A program made the translations under genes and the position numbers. Below are positions 8,321 to 17,121 of a stretch of DNA of 64,000 nucleotides, in pieces. Location of the stretch: sequence record PV112478.1. One strand, 5' to 3'. The notes beneath the pieces were generated by a model. The model saw nothing but the letters and a program-made list of their open reading frames with translations. It was not told the origin of the DNA and searched no databases. How positions within the stretch are numbered: the first letter of the stretch is position 1; every line of letters starts with the position of its first letter.

Positions 8321-10012
8321 TTAGAAGTGGCGCGTCAGGGAATAACGAACCATTACCCCGTCTTCATTTTCCGCAAGCAGCTGGAATTCACCTGTACTGC
8401 GGTAGATCTCCACACCGGTGTTCCCCGGAATCTGCAGACCGGCTACAACCTGCCCTTCGACCTGCTCCAGCGGATTCGCCTGAGAGAATGCTTCGACAAC
8501 CCGACGAACGTCACGAAGTTCGTGACTGAGGTCTTCAGCAAACAATGCGGATTGTTTCGCTACGTTATCTTTCCAGCCCTCAAGTACCAGAAGCATCCCG
8601 CGATCTGGTGTCTGATAGCTGAAGGTTTCTTTCCCGCCCCATACTGCCGGCGCGAGCGAAATACCCACTACCTTGACACGTTGACCCGCTGTCTCCGACC
8701 ACTGACCAATCGGGCTTCCGTTTTGATAGCTGTAGCTCGCTACGCTGTTACGTTTCTCTTCGCTATCCCAACGATAGATCGGTTTCGCATCCGGGTCGGC
8801 CTGCGCGGTGAATTGTGCGAAGTTATAACGGCCGTAGTGCCCGCCTCTTAACTCAACGAACAGCGCCTTCGCTTTCGGTAACACCTCCGCGATAAATTGC
8901 ATCAGTGAAATATCCCCGCCGCTTACTACCGAGCGCTGAGGCTCTGTTTTATTCTCTTTGGTTTTCAGGCCATCGAAAATACTTCCCTTAGCTTCAGTAG
9001 CCGCTTCTGTTTCTTTCGGCTGCCAGAACCATTCCTGAATGTCAGCAAGCGTAGCGAAACGGCGACGGAACGCCGACTCAATCCCTAATTCAGCGACGAG
9101 TTTTTTCGCTTTTTCCAGCTGTTCTTCAGTTGGGGCTTCGGTTGCCCGCATGTAGTTGACGCCTTCGGTACGGATGCGGAATTGGTTAATCCCGTAACGC
9201 AGATTACCGTCTTTAATATCGTCGAGTAACACCCCAACCGCCGTAGTGTGGAAATGGATGATATCTTTGTTATCAAAGTCCATCGCTTCCCAAACCAGGT
9301 TGGTTTTGATATTGTTGTTTTTCGTTTCATGGAAGGCTGTGTAGAGTTTGTGCCACTTCATGAATTGGTTTTTGAACTTGGTGAGGTGTTTCAGTTCACC
9401 GTATTCAAACAGTTCATAAGCGGCGCGGACGGTATCTGCACCCCAACGCAACAGACCGCTTTGAAGAATACGAACCAGCTCACGTGCCTCTGCTTCTTTA
9501 CCCAGACGCTCTTCGTCGTTCTGATAAACGAAGATCAGTTCTTTCGACGCGCAGTTCAGGGTACCGTTGAAATGGCGGAATTTACCGGAATGCGGGAAAG
9601 AATAGTCAGCGACGTTTTCAACCACGATGTTCGCCACCGGACATTTTGAGATCACTTTATTTAACGCGCTCACGAAAGCGTAGACGTTGTTCGTTGGTTC
9701 GCCTTCTGCTTCCACGTCAACGTTAAACGCCATCGACTTCACTAACCCGTCGACAATCGTTACGTACTGACCGTATTTGTTCAACCAACGCTCACAGGTT
9801 TTGCAGCGGTACTGCTGACGTTCTTCTTCCGGGAAAAGTTCCAGGTAGTGCTGGTATAAACTTTTCCCGGTGCTGTGTTCAACATCGACACGATAAATGT
9901 CATCGTTGATATCGTGCAGGGAAAGATTGTGTTCAATAACGTCTACTAAGGTTTCGTAGAAACGATCAGAAGCTTCGGTGACGGTATTAACAGCAACAAT
10001 TTGATCAGTCAT
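8321..10012 (-). CDS. Large conserved phage protein with CxxC motif, function unknown
   Basis: ORF-track 8321..10048; likely start 10012 (AAGGA RBS). YRCKTCERWL motif. Confidence 0.8.
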   Translation of the reverse strand: MTDQIVAVNTVTEASDRFYETLVDVIEHNLSLHDINDDIYRVDVEHSTGKSLYQHYLELFPEEERQQYRCKTCERWLNKYGQYVTIVDGLVKSMAFNVDVEAEGEPTNNVYAFVSALNKVISKCPVANIVVENVADYSFPHSGKFRHFNGTLNCASKELIFVYQNDEERLGKEAEARELVRILQSGLLRWGADTVRAAYELFEYGELKHLTKFKNQFMKWHKLYTAFHETKNNNIKTNLVWEAMDFDNKDIIHFHTTAVGVLLDDIKDGNLRYGINQFRIRTEGVNYMRATEAPTEEQLEKAKKLVAELGIESAFRRRFATLADIQEWFWQPKETEAATEAKGSIFDGLKTKENKTEPQRSVVSGGDISLMQFIAEVLPKAKALFVELRGGHYGRYNFAQFTAQADPDAKPIYRWDSEEKRNSVASYSYQNGSPIGQWSETAGQRVKVVGISLAPAVWGGKETFSYQTPDRGMLLVLEGWKDNVAKQSALFAEDLSHELRDVRRVVEAFSQANPLEQVEGQVVAGLQIPGNTGVEIYRSTGEFQLLAENEDGVMVRYSLTRHF

Positions 10013-10064
10013 TCTTTTATCCTTTACAGTGAAATAGGTTCTATTCAAACAAATGAGAAGAGGT

Positions 10065-10577
10065 TTATTTTCGGAACAGTGAGAAGAAACGTTTAAAAAG
10101 ACTCAGTTTCTTCTCTTCCGGAATAATGTTTTTCTCTATCACAACCGCTTCAGTACTTTCTTCTGCGGCCCCAACATTTTTAAACCGTTTTTCGGTCATT
10201 GACCGGGTCAGGTACTCGTTACCGAGATAAACGTTTTTATTGCGAATAAAGTCGCGGAAACTTTCTTGCGCTTCTATCGCTCGTCCTTTAGTGTCGTAAT
10301 AAACCCTATAGTTTCTGACACTGTTGTTATCGACGCCTTGTAATTGGATCGTGTAACCCTCACCCGCTTCATTTATTTCGTCGGTGACCAGGTTTAAACA
10401 CCTGGACGGAATAACAAACGTCGCGCTGTCACCTAAGATTTCCAGTCCTTGGCCGTTATCAACAATCACCCAATAGCGGGCACTAAATGTTTTCAGCATT
10501 TTGTCAAACGGGAGCGGAAGGAGACCCTCAACAGAACCCGTCTCGTTGGGGGTATCGCTTTTAAACTCAGTTTTCAT
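10065..10577 (-). CDS. Hypothetical protein
   Basis: GGAG RBS, tiling. Confidence 0.7.
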   Translation of the reverse strand: MKTEFKSDTPNETGSVEGLLPLPFDKMLKTFSARYWVIVDNGQGLEILGDSATFVIPSRCLNLVTDEINEAGEGYTIQLQGVDNNSVRNYRVYYDTKGRAIEAQESFRDFIRNKNVYLGNEYLTRSMTEKRFKNVGAAEESTEAVVIEKNIIPEEKKLSLFKRFFSLFRK

Positions 10578-10935
10578 GCGGCAGCTCCGGTGTCAGGTCA
10601 CCCACTTTCAGTACCGTGACAGCGTGATTTTCTCTATCGAACGGTACAAAAGCAATACAAAAATAACGTTCTTCTTGCATCAGCTGAACAATTTTCCCTT
10701 CTGCTTTGATGTCTTTCCCTTCCCACACAACGGCAGTGAAAACCGTATCAAAATCAAACACTGAATCGCCGGTTGATTTTTTACATTCTGCTTCGGTTTC
10801 ACTGGCAACGACGATCTTCGTGTCACCTACGTAATAAAAACGTTTACCGTCACGAATATAGAAAGTGGCGTCGGCATCGCGCATAGGCTGAAAATCCACA
10901 AAATCCATTTCTTCTAAGATCATTGTTCTGGCCAT
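10567..10935 (-). CDS. Hypothetical protein
   Basis: GAGG RBS, tiling. Confidence 0.7.
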   Translation of the reverse strand: MARTMILEEMDFVDFQPMRDADATFYIRDGKRFYYVGDTKIVVASETEAECKKSTGDSVFDFDTVFTAVVWEGKDIKAEGKIVQLMQEERYFCIAFVPFDRENHAVTVLKVGDLTPELPHEN

Positions 10936-10937
10936 TT

Positions 10938-11243
10938 TTAATCCTCGTAATCGATAACTTCGTTAGTAAACGGAAAACGGTTCGCTAACATTTCCATACA
11001 GGTTCCAACCGAATCCCCGATGAAATAATAATCGTAAAGCATTTCGTTTTCATGGCGATGTTTGACGTGCAGGATCAGTCCTTTCCGATCCGCTGCGTAG
11101 AAGTCGTTAAACCACGCAGAGGTGTTATACTCACCTGCGCCGAATACCGCACGCAGATAATCCTTCACAGTCATCTGGCTGTTTTCTGGGAAGAAACCAA
11201 ACGACTTGATTTCAAATAACTCAAAACGATGTTCTAACTGCAT
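10938..11243 (-). CDS. Hypothetical protein
   Basis: AAGGAG RBS. Confidence 0.7.
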   Translation of the reverse strand: MQLEHRFELFEIKSFGFFPENSQMTVKDYLRAVFGAGEYNTSAWFNDFYAADRKGLILHVKHRHENEMLYDYYFIGDSVGTCMEMLANRFPFTNEVIDYED

Positions 11244-11275
11244 ACCGTATCTCCTTATTAAAAGTCCATAGAAGC

Positions 11276-11301
11276 TCTCCTGAGGCTTTCACCTCAGGAG
11301 A
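11276..11301 (-). terminator. Hairpin terminator
   Basis: TCTCCTGAGG-ctttca-CCTCAGGAGA. Confidence 0.65.
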
Positions 11302-11306
11302 CAATA

Positions 11307-11927
11307 CTATTTACGCTTTTTCTTTTTGGAACGCCCACCGGCGTGTTTAGAGACGTGTTTCTGAGGTTTCCATGGCGAAGTAAAGAGATTGCGTTTTCCG
11401 CCCATACTGAAACCCCCGTTGAAAGAGAAACTGGTTTGGAATTCAGCCGGTAACGCTTCTTTGAATTTGGTTTTCCACGCCAACCGCAGCGCTGACTGAA
11501 TCACCTGGAAACTACCCGGAACAAACCAGTCACCGGGGTTACGTTCGATCAGCGTTTTCCCGCCGTAGCTCGCAGTAACGCTGTTCTCTTCTTGGTTAAC
11601 AACGACGCTGACAACGGGATGTTCGATTGCCGGTTTCTCATCGCTGAGCTGAGACATACTGTCTATTTCGACAGTGTCTCCAGACTGCGAATAGTTTTGA
11701 GCTTTACGCAGATCAGGGATAAAAGCTGGCTCATCTAAGTAAGCAAGTTGACTTTTTTCTATCGGGGTTTCTGCTGCCATTAACTGTATTTTTTCTTCAG
11801 AAATAAAGGCAGGGTCGTCTACCGGAGTAGTGAATCGCGTATGTCCTCGACCGAGAACTTCATGTTTCTCCGCGGGCGTTTCGGTGGTGATAGCAGTTTC
11901 TGTAACTTCGATTTTTTTACTTTCCAT
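11307..11927 (-). CDS. Hypothetical protein with basic C-terminal tail
   Basis: AAGGA RBS; ends KHVSKHAGGRSKKKKRK. Confidence 0.75.
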   Translation of the reverse strand: MESKKIEVTETAITTETPAEKHEVLGRGHTRFTTPVDDPAFISEEKIQLMAAETPIEKSQLAYLDEPAFIPDLRKAQNYSQSGDTVEIDSMSQLSDEKPAIEHPVVSVVVNQEENSVTASYGGKTLIERNPGDWFVPGSFQVIQSALRLAWKTKFKEALPAEFQTSFSFNGGFSMGGKRNLFTSPWKPQKHVSKHAGGRSKKKKRK

Positions 11928-11954
11928 TTTACTTTCCTTCTTTTATAAAAATGA

Positions 11955-12287
11955 TTAACGACGGCGTTTAATTTTAATCGGTTTACTGCGCACTTTCTTC
12001 TTTGTCACCATCCGACCTTTAGCGTGTTTAGAAACACGGATTGCTTCCAGTCGTTCGATCTCATGATCAATCGTTTTCCCATTCTCATCCAGAATACGAT
12101 TAAGTACAGTGATTTCGATATTCTTTGCTTTTACTTTTAATAACGGAAAGTGTTTCTTAAAAATGTCTGCAAGGATATCGAAATTGATAGTGGATGTCTT
12201 TGGATCTACGGCATCACGGAACATGGTGTGATGAAGAGCATGTCCCTGAACGCGCGCAGAGAGTGTATTCTTTACCCGTTCTTTCAC
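11955..12287 (-). CDS. Basic hypothetical protein
   Basis: GTG start with GGAG; ends VSKHAKGRMVTKKKVRSKPIKIKRRR. Confidence 0.7.
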   Translation of the reverse strand: MKERVKNTLSARVQGHALHHTMFRDAVDPKTSTINFDILADIFKKHFPLLKVKAKNIEITVLNRILDENGKTIDHEIERLEAIRVSKHAKGRMVTKKKVRSKPIKIKRRR

Positions 12288-12352
12288 GGTGGCGTTCTCC
12301 AGAGGCGTTAGAGGATTCTGTTCACAGATACGTCACGCGCCTAAAAAATAAT

Positions 12353-12373
12353 GAGAGGGGGCGAACCCCTCTC
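12353..12373 (-). terminator. Intrinsic terminator closing the 17945-12383 operon
   Basis: GAGAGGGG-gcgaa-CCCCTCTC with U-tract on minus strand. Confidence 0.75.
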
Positions 12374-12382
12374 TCTTCAATG

Positions 12383-12856
12383 TCAATTAACGAAATAGAT
12401 GATCACATCTTCTGACAATGTAAAGTTGGTCAGTAACGCGTCGTAGAACTTTTCTTTGCGAACGCGCGTAAAGTAGAAATACGCTTCGTCAATGTAGACG
12501 TGCGTAATCGGCGCTTCGCGGTAAAACTGAGTGTAACCGCGCTCATACGGTTTCCCAGCAATAGCCCTGACCTTTTCCGTCGGTGGATTAGCATCACCGT
12601 AGAGACGCGCCTCAAAGTCATCCAGAAGCGTTTCTGTCGGGAGAAAGACCATCGAGTACTTAGGGTTTTTCTTCACTCGATCGAGTACCCATTTCGTCTT
12701 ACCGGTTTGACGCGGTATTTTAAACCCGATTGTCCGACATTCGCGGAGAATGGTACCACGTCGCCAATCAATTCGTTTCGCCATTTCCGAGGTCTCAGAA
12801 ATCAACGTTTTCTCTAGTGTCTGCGCTATCAATTCGAAATCAACTTTCTTAGCCAT
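12383..12856 (-). CDS. Small stand-alone P-loop NTPase (terminase/helicase-like ATPase motifs)
   Basis: Walker A IPRQTGKT, Walker B HVYIDEA. Confidence 0.6.
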   Translation of the reverse strand: MAKKVDFELIAQTLEKTLISETSEMAKRIDWRRGTILRECRTIGFKIPRQTGKTKWVLDRVKKNPKYSMVFLPTETLLDDFEARLYGDANPPTEKVRAIAGKPYERGYTQFYREAPITHVYIDEAYFYFTRVRKEKFYDALLTNFTLSEDVIIYFVN

Positions 12857-12886
12857 GACGTCTTTAACCTTTTAACGTTTTAACGT

Positions 12887-13237
12887 TTACAAAGAATGGA
12901 ACCATCCGTTTTCGTCTGGTTTCTCGGGGAATTTAAACGCGACAGTTTTATTGCGTTTAGCGAACTCTTGGTAGACCTTAGTACCGACCCAAAACCCACG
13001 CCGGATAATTTCAACATCGTCCCCGTTCAAACGGAAAGAGAACCGATGCTTCCCCGGGTCAAACGCGATGTCCAGGAAATGACCATCTTCTAATTCGTCT
13101 ACTGCGGACGTAAAGCGAAAATAGCCGCTTTTGTAAAGACACCCTGCCCGACTGGTTTGTCTGGAATTACCTACATTTTTAGGGACAGAAAGAAAACGCA
13201 AATTATCCAAATCAAGTTTCATGTTAATACCTGTCAA
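12887..13237 (-). CDS. Hypothetical protein, paralog family with 30729..31148 and 32309..32722
   Basis: LDIAFDPGKHRFSFRL and NGWF motifs shared with the other two. Confidence 0.7.
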   Translation of the reverse strand: MTGINMKLDLDNLRFLSVPKNVGNSRQTSRAGCLYKSGYFRFTSAVDELEDGHFLDIAFDPGKHRFSFRLNGDDVEIIRRGFWVGTKVYQEFAKRNKTVAFKFPEKPDENGWFHSL

Positions 13238-13560
13238 TCGGTAAAGGTAATCGAAAAAGTTCCTTCGTTGCGATGCCAGTTAACCAGGAAGGGTAACCCT
13301 ATTTCTTTTAAGATCTCGTTCAACGCACTTGCGGGGGTTTCTTGCTGACTTCTCCCGAAAAAGGGATTAGCGATGGTATTTTGTAGCTCCCAGAAACAGT
13401 TACCGTTTTTCCGCTTCTTAGAGAAGCGTTTTCGAGACGTGACGGGTTGTTTCAGATAGAGATGCAAAGGGCCTTTGTTACTCTGAACCACCACTAAACG
13501 TACAAACTGGTCGCTGTAACGTAACTCACCAAACAAAATGTCTTTGATTTTCTTTAGCAT
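13234..13560 (-). CDS. Hypothetical protein
   Basis: 4-nt overlap coupling; tiling. Confidence 0.7.
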   Translation of the reverse strand: MLKKIKDILFGELRYSDQFVRLVVVQSNKGPLHLYLKQPVTSRKRFSKKRKNGNCFWELQNTIANPFFGRSQQETPASALNEILKEIGLPFLVNWHRNEGTFSITFTD

Positions 13561-13787
13561 TCGTTTAAATCTCCAGTAATCATCGTGGTTAGATTCCTGA
13601 CTTTATTCAGGGTCGCAATGTCTTTTTCGACCGAGGCCACCGGGATGTTGTAAAAGAAAGCGATCTCTTCTACTCGCATACCATGATTGGCAGCGTTCTC
13701 CATCGTTCGGGCGATCTGCGGATTTTCGAGTTGTGACATCAGTTCGTCAAACTCGGCCAGGTAAGCCAGATATTTGTCACGTTGCAT
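13554..13787 (-). CDS. Small HTH-like protein
   Basis: GMRVEEIAFFYNIPVASVEKDI helix-turn-helix pattern. Confidence 0.6.
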   Translation of the reverse strand: MQRDKYLAYLAEFDELMSQLENPQIARTMENAANHGMRVEEIAFFYNIPVASVEKDIATLNKVRNLTTMITGDLNEC

Positions 13788-13819
13788 CCTTAGGTACCTT
13801 TTTACTGTGGCGGGTCAAA

Positions 13820-14119
13820 CTACTCATCGTACCCTTCTAATAGCGGGCTATGTCCGTTTTTAGAGATCCAAGCCTCCGCTAACTTATCAGATTTTTTCAT
13901 AATCTCGGTGGCCTCGGTATAAATTTTAATATCATGATCGACATCATCTACCGGAACAGAAAAAGCGGCGGCAATTGTCTCGTCGTCTAAACCGTTTTCT
14001 CGGAACTGAATAAAGTAATGAGGTAAGTCAGTCCCGTGGTGTCTCGCGGTAAAAAGTTGATCGTATCCTTTCATCCAAAGTTGATGGATTTCCATTTCTT
14101 CCTGTTTTTCTTTTGTCAT
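13820..14119 (-). CDS. Small HTH-like protein (paralog of 13554..13787)
   Basis: GLDDETIAAAFSVPVDDVDHDI. Confidence 0.6.
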   Translation of the reverse strand: MTKEKQEEMEIHQLWMKGYDQLFTARHHGTDLPHYFIQFRENGLDDETIAAAFSVPVDDVDHDIKIYTEATEIMKKSDKLAEAWISKNGHSPLLEGYDE

Positions 14120-14147
14120 ATTTTCACCTCTTTCTGAATTTTATACA

Positions 14148-15122
14148 TCAGTCTTCCTTACTGCTCCCGGAAACTACGCTAGTACGAATCCACTTTATTT
14201 TCAGTTGGCGATTAGGGCTATTACGAGCACCGGTCCAATAGCCGTGCCAGTGTGCCCGTCTGATATGCGCTGCTCGCCCGGTCGTCTTCTGTCCTTTCTT
14301 TCGCTTCTCGATTTCTTCGAGGTAATCGACCCCTACCGGAAACTTACGGTGTGCGTTCAGGAACCGTAGGCTATAGTGTTTACCCGACCGTTTCATCTGG
14401 GTAAGTCGAAAGGTATTACGGAAGTCAGCGCGGTCTTGCAACTCGTATTCCTGCGCAACAAACAATGCCACGTTGAGTAACTTAGTGTACGTTTCACGGT
14501 ACCCGTCACGCATTAGAATATCGACAGCTTTAACCGTATCGATATTGTATTCTTTTGCAGCCCGTACAATAGTAGGGTCAGAAGCAATGACCTCCTCTAG
14601 CGTCAAACCTTCATCGAACGGGAAGAATAACGTTTGCGGGAAGCCGTTATCGTTATATGGGTAAACGATCGTCAGTCCCTCTTTCCCGCTCCAGTGTGTA
14701 ACCGTAGAAAGGAAAATCCCTTCGATGATCGGTTCCTCCGGAAGAGGGTGTTTGATAGGACAAGCTGAAAGGTCGACGTACCCTGTCCAATGAGGAATGG
14801 TTTTCAAAACACTGAGCGGCAATTTACCGTTGAATTCAGAGTCCAACACATCAGGTAATAATTCAGCTGGAATCTGATATTCAGGTTTAGTAATTTGCCA
14901 GCAATACGCCATGCTCATATGGCAAAAGATTTCACGATAATACGGGTTAGTGAAATCGATATTATTGTTCCAGCTACGATTCTCTCCCCATATTTCGATA
15001 GGGTAGAAATACGGTGGAATTTCCCCTTTCTTCTCCGTGAGGATCCGATTGAAGAAATCCTTCGCGTCCCATGCCCGTAAACGGGGTAAGAGCATTTTCT
15101 CCATTGTCTCCAGTATTTTCAT
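14148..15122 (-). CDS. AcrVA2/FinQ-family protein
   Basis: 324 aa; C-terminal AHIRRAHWHGYWTG...KIKW versus recalled AcrVA2 PHIRRGHWHGYWQG...RVRW; also W..T...YQ and LP.S.L...P.W..YVD.S. Confidence 0.8.
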   Translation of the reverse strand: MKILETMEKMLLPRLRAWDAKDFFNRILTEKKGEIPPYFYPIEIWGENRSWNNNIDFTNPYYREIFCHMSMAYCWQITKPEYQIPAELLPDVLDSEFNGKLPLSVLKTIPHWTGYVDLSACPIKHPLPEEPIIEGIFLSTVTHWSGKEGLTIVYPYNDNGFPQTLFFPFDEGLTLEEVIASDPTIVRAAKEYNIDTVKAVDILMRDGYRETYTKLLNVALFVAQEYELQDRADFRNTFRLTQMKRSGKHYSLRFLNAHRKFPVGVDYLEEIEKRKKGQKTTGRAAHIRRAHWHGYWTGARNSPNRQLKIKWIRTSVVSGSSKED

Positions 15123-15425
15123 TCAGTCACCCTCAGACTCACGTGTTCCCAGATTCCCGTTTCCGTTAAAGACGATTTGATAGTCTAACGTACCTTTACT
15201 GTTCAGCTCCTCTAAATGCTCAGAGACAGCCTCGTTATAGGGCTTAAGTAAGTCGTTCTTACCCAGCGCCTCTAGCGTCATGAAAATGATCAGGGTACTT
15301 TGATCAATCGGTGTAATGTTCTTATTTGTCAAGATCTCAATAACGCGCGGGATATTCGCCCTGAGTTTCTCTAAGTCTTCATTCACCCGTAATCCCCTTA
15401 TAAAACAATTCCATCCCTTTCTCAA
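15123..15425 (-). CDS. Hypothetical protein
   Basis: Tiles; real start probably downstream (GTG VNEDL) to remove overlap. Confidence 0.6.
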   Translation of the reverse strand: MRKGWNCFIRGLRVNEDLEKLRANIPRVIEILTNKNITPIDQSTLIIFMTLEALGKNDLLKPYNEAVSEHLEELNSKGTLDYQIVFNGNGNLGTRESEGD

Positions 15426-15975
15426 CGTTACTGCAAAAGACAGAGAAAAGCGCCTCTCGTAACGACTGTGGACGGAAAGGGTTATTGGCCTGCACGTGAA
15501 CGTCGTAAACAGCTTTGTTTGCTAAACGTGCAGTGAACGTTTGTTTTGTCAATTTAAGCGTCTTGACGTCGTGGCCGTAGGATTTACAAACCTTCCGTCC
15601 CTCGGTAAAGACCAATCCCATCGCACCGTGACCAACCAAAAGTTTGTCAGTCGGTACGAGTAGCGGGTGCTCTTTAGTGCGGGGACTAACAACCGTCCAC
15701 CACATGTTCACAGGGATGAACCAGAATGCATCTTTCGGGTTAAGACGCGTCCAGTCACGGATGCAGTTGTACATCTCTTCCTGCGTGGTCGGGAGATAGT
15801 CGACCTGAACCCCGTTCATATTTTCACTGTGGTCATATTCGTAGATTTTACGGCCCATTTTAACCGAATAGACAAAGGCAATAATCGAATTATCTTGACG
15901 TAAAAGATTTTCTCTTGCCCATTTCCCGTATTCGATCTCTAACGCAATGACTTTTTCTGCAATGCTGTTTTCCAT
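15379..15975 (-). CDS. Hypothetical protein
   Basis: 198-aa ORF in operon. Confidence 0.7.
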   Translation of the reverse strand: MENSIAEKVIALEIEYGKWARENLLRQDNSIIAFVYSVKMGRKIYEYDHSENMNGVQVDYLPTTQEEMYNCIRDWTRLNPKDAFWFIPVNMWWTVVSPRTKEHPLLVPTDKLLVGHGAMGLVFTEGRKVCKSYGHDVKTLKLTKQTFTARLANKAVYDVHVQANNPFRPQSLREALFSVFCSNVEKGMELFYKGITGE

Positions 15976-15987
15976 CTCGTTTACCGA

Positions 15988-16422
15988 TTAATTAACTAAC
16001 TTTTTCAGACTGACTTTCTCTAAGCCAGAGAACATTTCTGAGATTGAATTACCAAAACCTTCCCCTTTCAACTCTTTTTCAAGCGCGTGGTAAAGTTCGT
16101 CGAGCGTTTCATACTCTATTTTCGTTAATGAAGTTGAATAATCTTTGGCCCGCGCCAAAATCTCTTCTTTGTAAACGTAAGCGAAAGCTTCGATTTTAGA
16201 TAAATCGCGCACAGCAGCAACTGTAAGGGCACTATGCAATTTCTGAGATGCTTTTGGGTTCTGCAGCGTCGCCGAGATATTCCCAACAAGAAACCCAATA
16301 ACGTAGTCTGATTGTTTAAAAGCAGAGAACAATTTTTCATCGACATTTTTCAGTGTGTTCATTTTGTTTACCTTTCGCGTTTTAAGTAAAATAATTAAAT
16401 ATCTAAAGTGGGGTTCCACCAA
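15988..16422 (-). CDS. Hypothetical protein
   Basis: Likely start at MNTLKN (AAGG RBS). Confidence 0.65.
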   Translation of the reverse strand: MVEPHFRYLIILLKTRKVNKMNTLKNVDEKLFSAFKQSDYVIGFLVGNISATLQNPKASQKLHSALTVAAVRDLSKIEAFAYVYKEEILARAKDYSTSLTKIEYETLDELYHALEKELKGEGFGNSISEMFSGLEKVSLKKLVN

Positions 16423-16583
16423 GTAGCCAGGCCGTCCAGCTCTTTGACAACTTTCGCTGCCTGTCGTGCAGGAATACGATACTTTCTTGCGACTCGGCGT
16501 TTTGCGCTTTTTACCGTGGTCATACAGGTAGACAGATCGTAGGTGACCAGGTTATCGATTTTCTTACGTAGTGATTCTTTCAT
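16395..16583 (-). CDS. Small basic hypothetical protein
   Basis: 62 aa, tiles in operon. Confidence 0.6.
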   Translation of the reverse strand: MKESLRKKIDNLVTYDLSTCMTTVKSAKRRVARKYRIPARQAAKVVKELDGLATWWNPTLDI

Positions 16584-16597
16584 TGTTTGGTTCTCTG

Positions 16598-16864
16598 TTA
16601 TTGGATAATGATGGCGTTGTCGCTTTTCTTGAGGATCTGTTCACGGGTGTAGAGTTGGTTATCAAAACCCGTAGATGAGATAAAAACGCCGTTACCGAAA
16701 TTGATGTAGCAGCCATCGCTATAAATGACTTCCACTTGTGAATAAAGCCGTTTCGTTAGTTTACACTGCTCTAAATCGTATTCTTTCTTTTTAGAAAGAA
16801 AATAAGGCGTTGCCAACAACATTAGAATAACCAGACCAAGAAGAACATATATCAATTTTTTCAT
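16598..16864 (-). CDS. Membrane-anchored hypothetical protein
   Basis: MKK plus hydrophobic N-terminal segment. Confidence 0.7.
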   Translation of the reverse strand: MKKLIYVLLGLVILMLLATPYFLSKKKEYDLEQCKLTKRLYSQVEVIYSDGCYINFGNGVFISSTGFDNQLYTREQILKKSDNAIIIQ

Positions 16865-17121
16865 GCGAGTTTCTCTCTGAGTGCCATGTAAAGTAAACCG
16901 ACCTGATCGGCGATGATTTTTCCTCGGCTGATAACAATCGGTTTCTGCGTTCCGTAGAACTCAATCGTTAACTTGATAAAAGGGACATCGCCAAGTATCC
17001 CTTTTAATTTACGGCACTCTTCTTCCTTGCGAACATTTCTGACATCACGAAGAAAGAAGATATAATTCTTATCATTATCATCAACAATGACTTTATTACC
17101 TACGATACTAAACTTAGGCAT
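16861..17121 (-). CDS. Hypothetical protein
   Basis: ATGA-type overlap, tiling. Confidence 0.7.
   Translation of the reverse strand: MPKFSIVGNKVIVDDNDKNYIFFLRDVRNVRKEEECRKLKGILGDVPFIKLTIEFYGTQKPIVISRGKIIADQVGLLYMALREKLA

Noticed and set aside
8225-8851. 208-aa plus-strand ORF, and similar antisense ORFs (4092..4452, 18320..19149, 44247..44678, 63445..63906)
   Set aside because: They lie opposite well-supported genes, lack RBS and motifs, and are expected shadows of biased codon usage.
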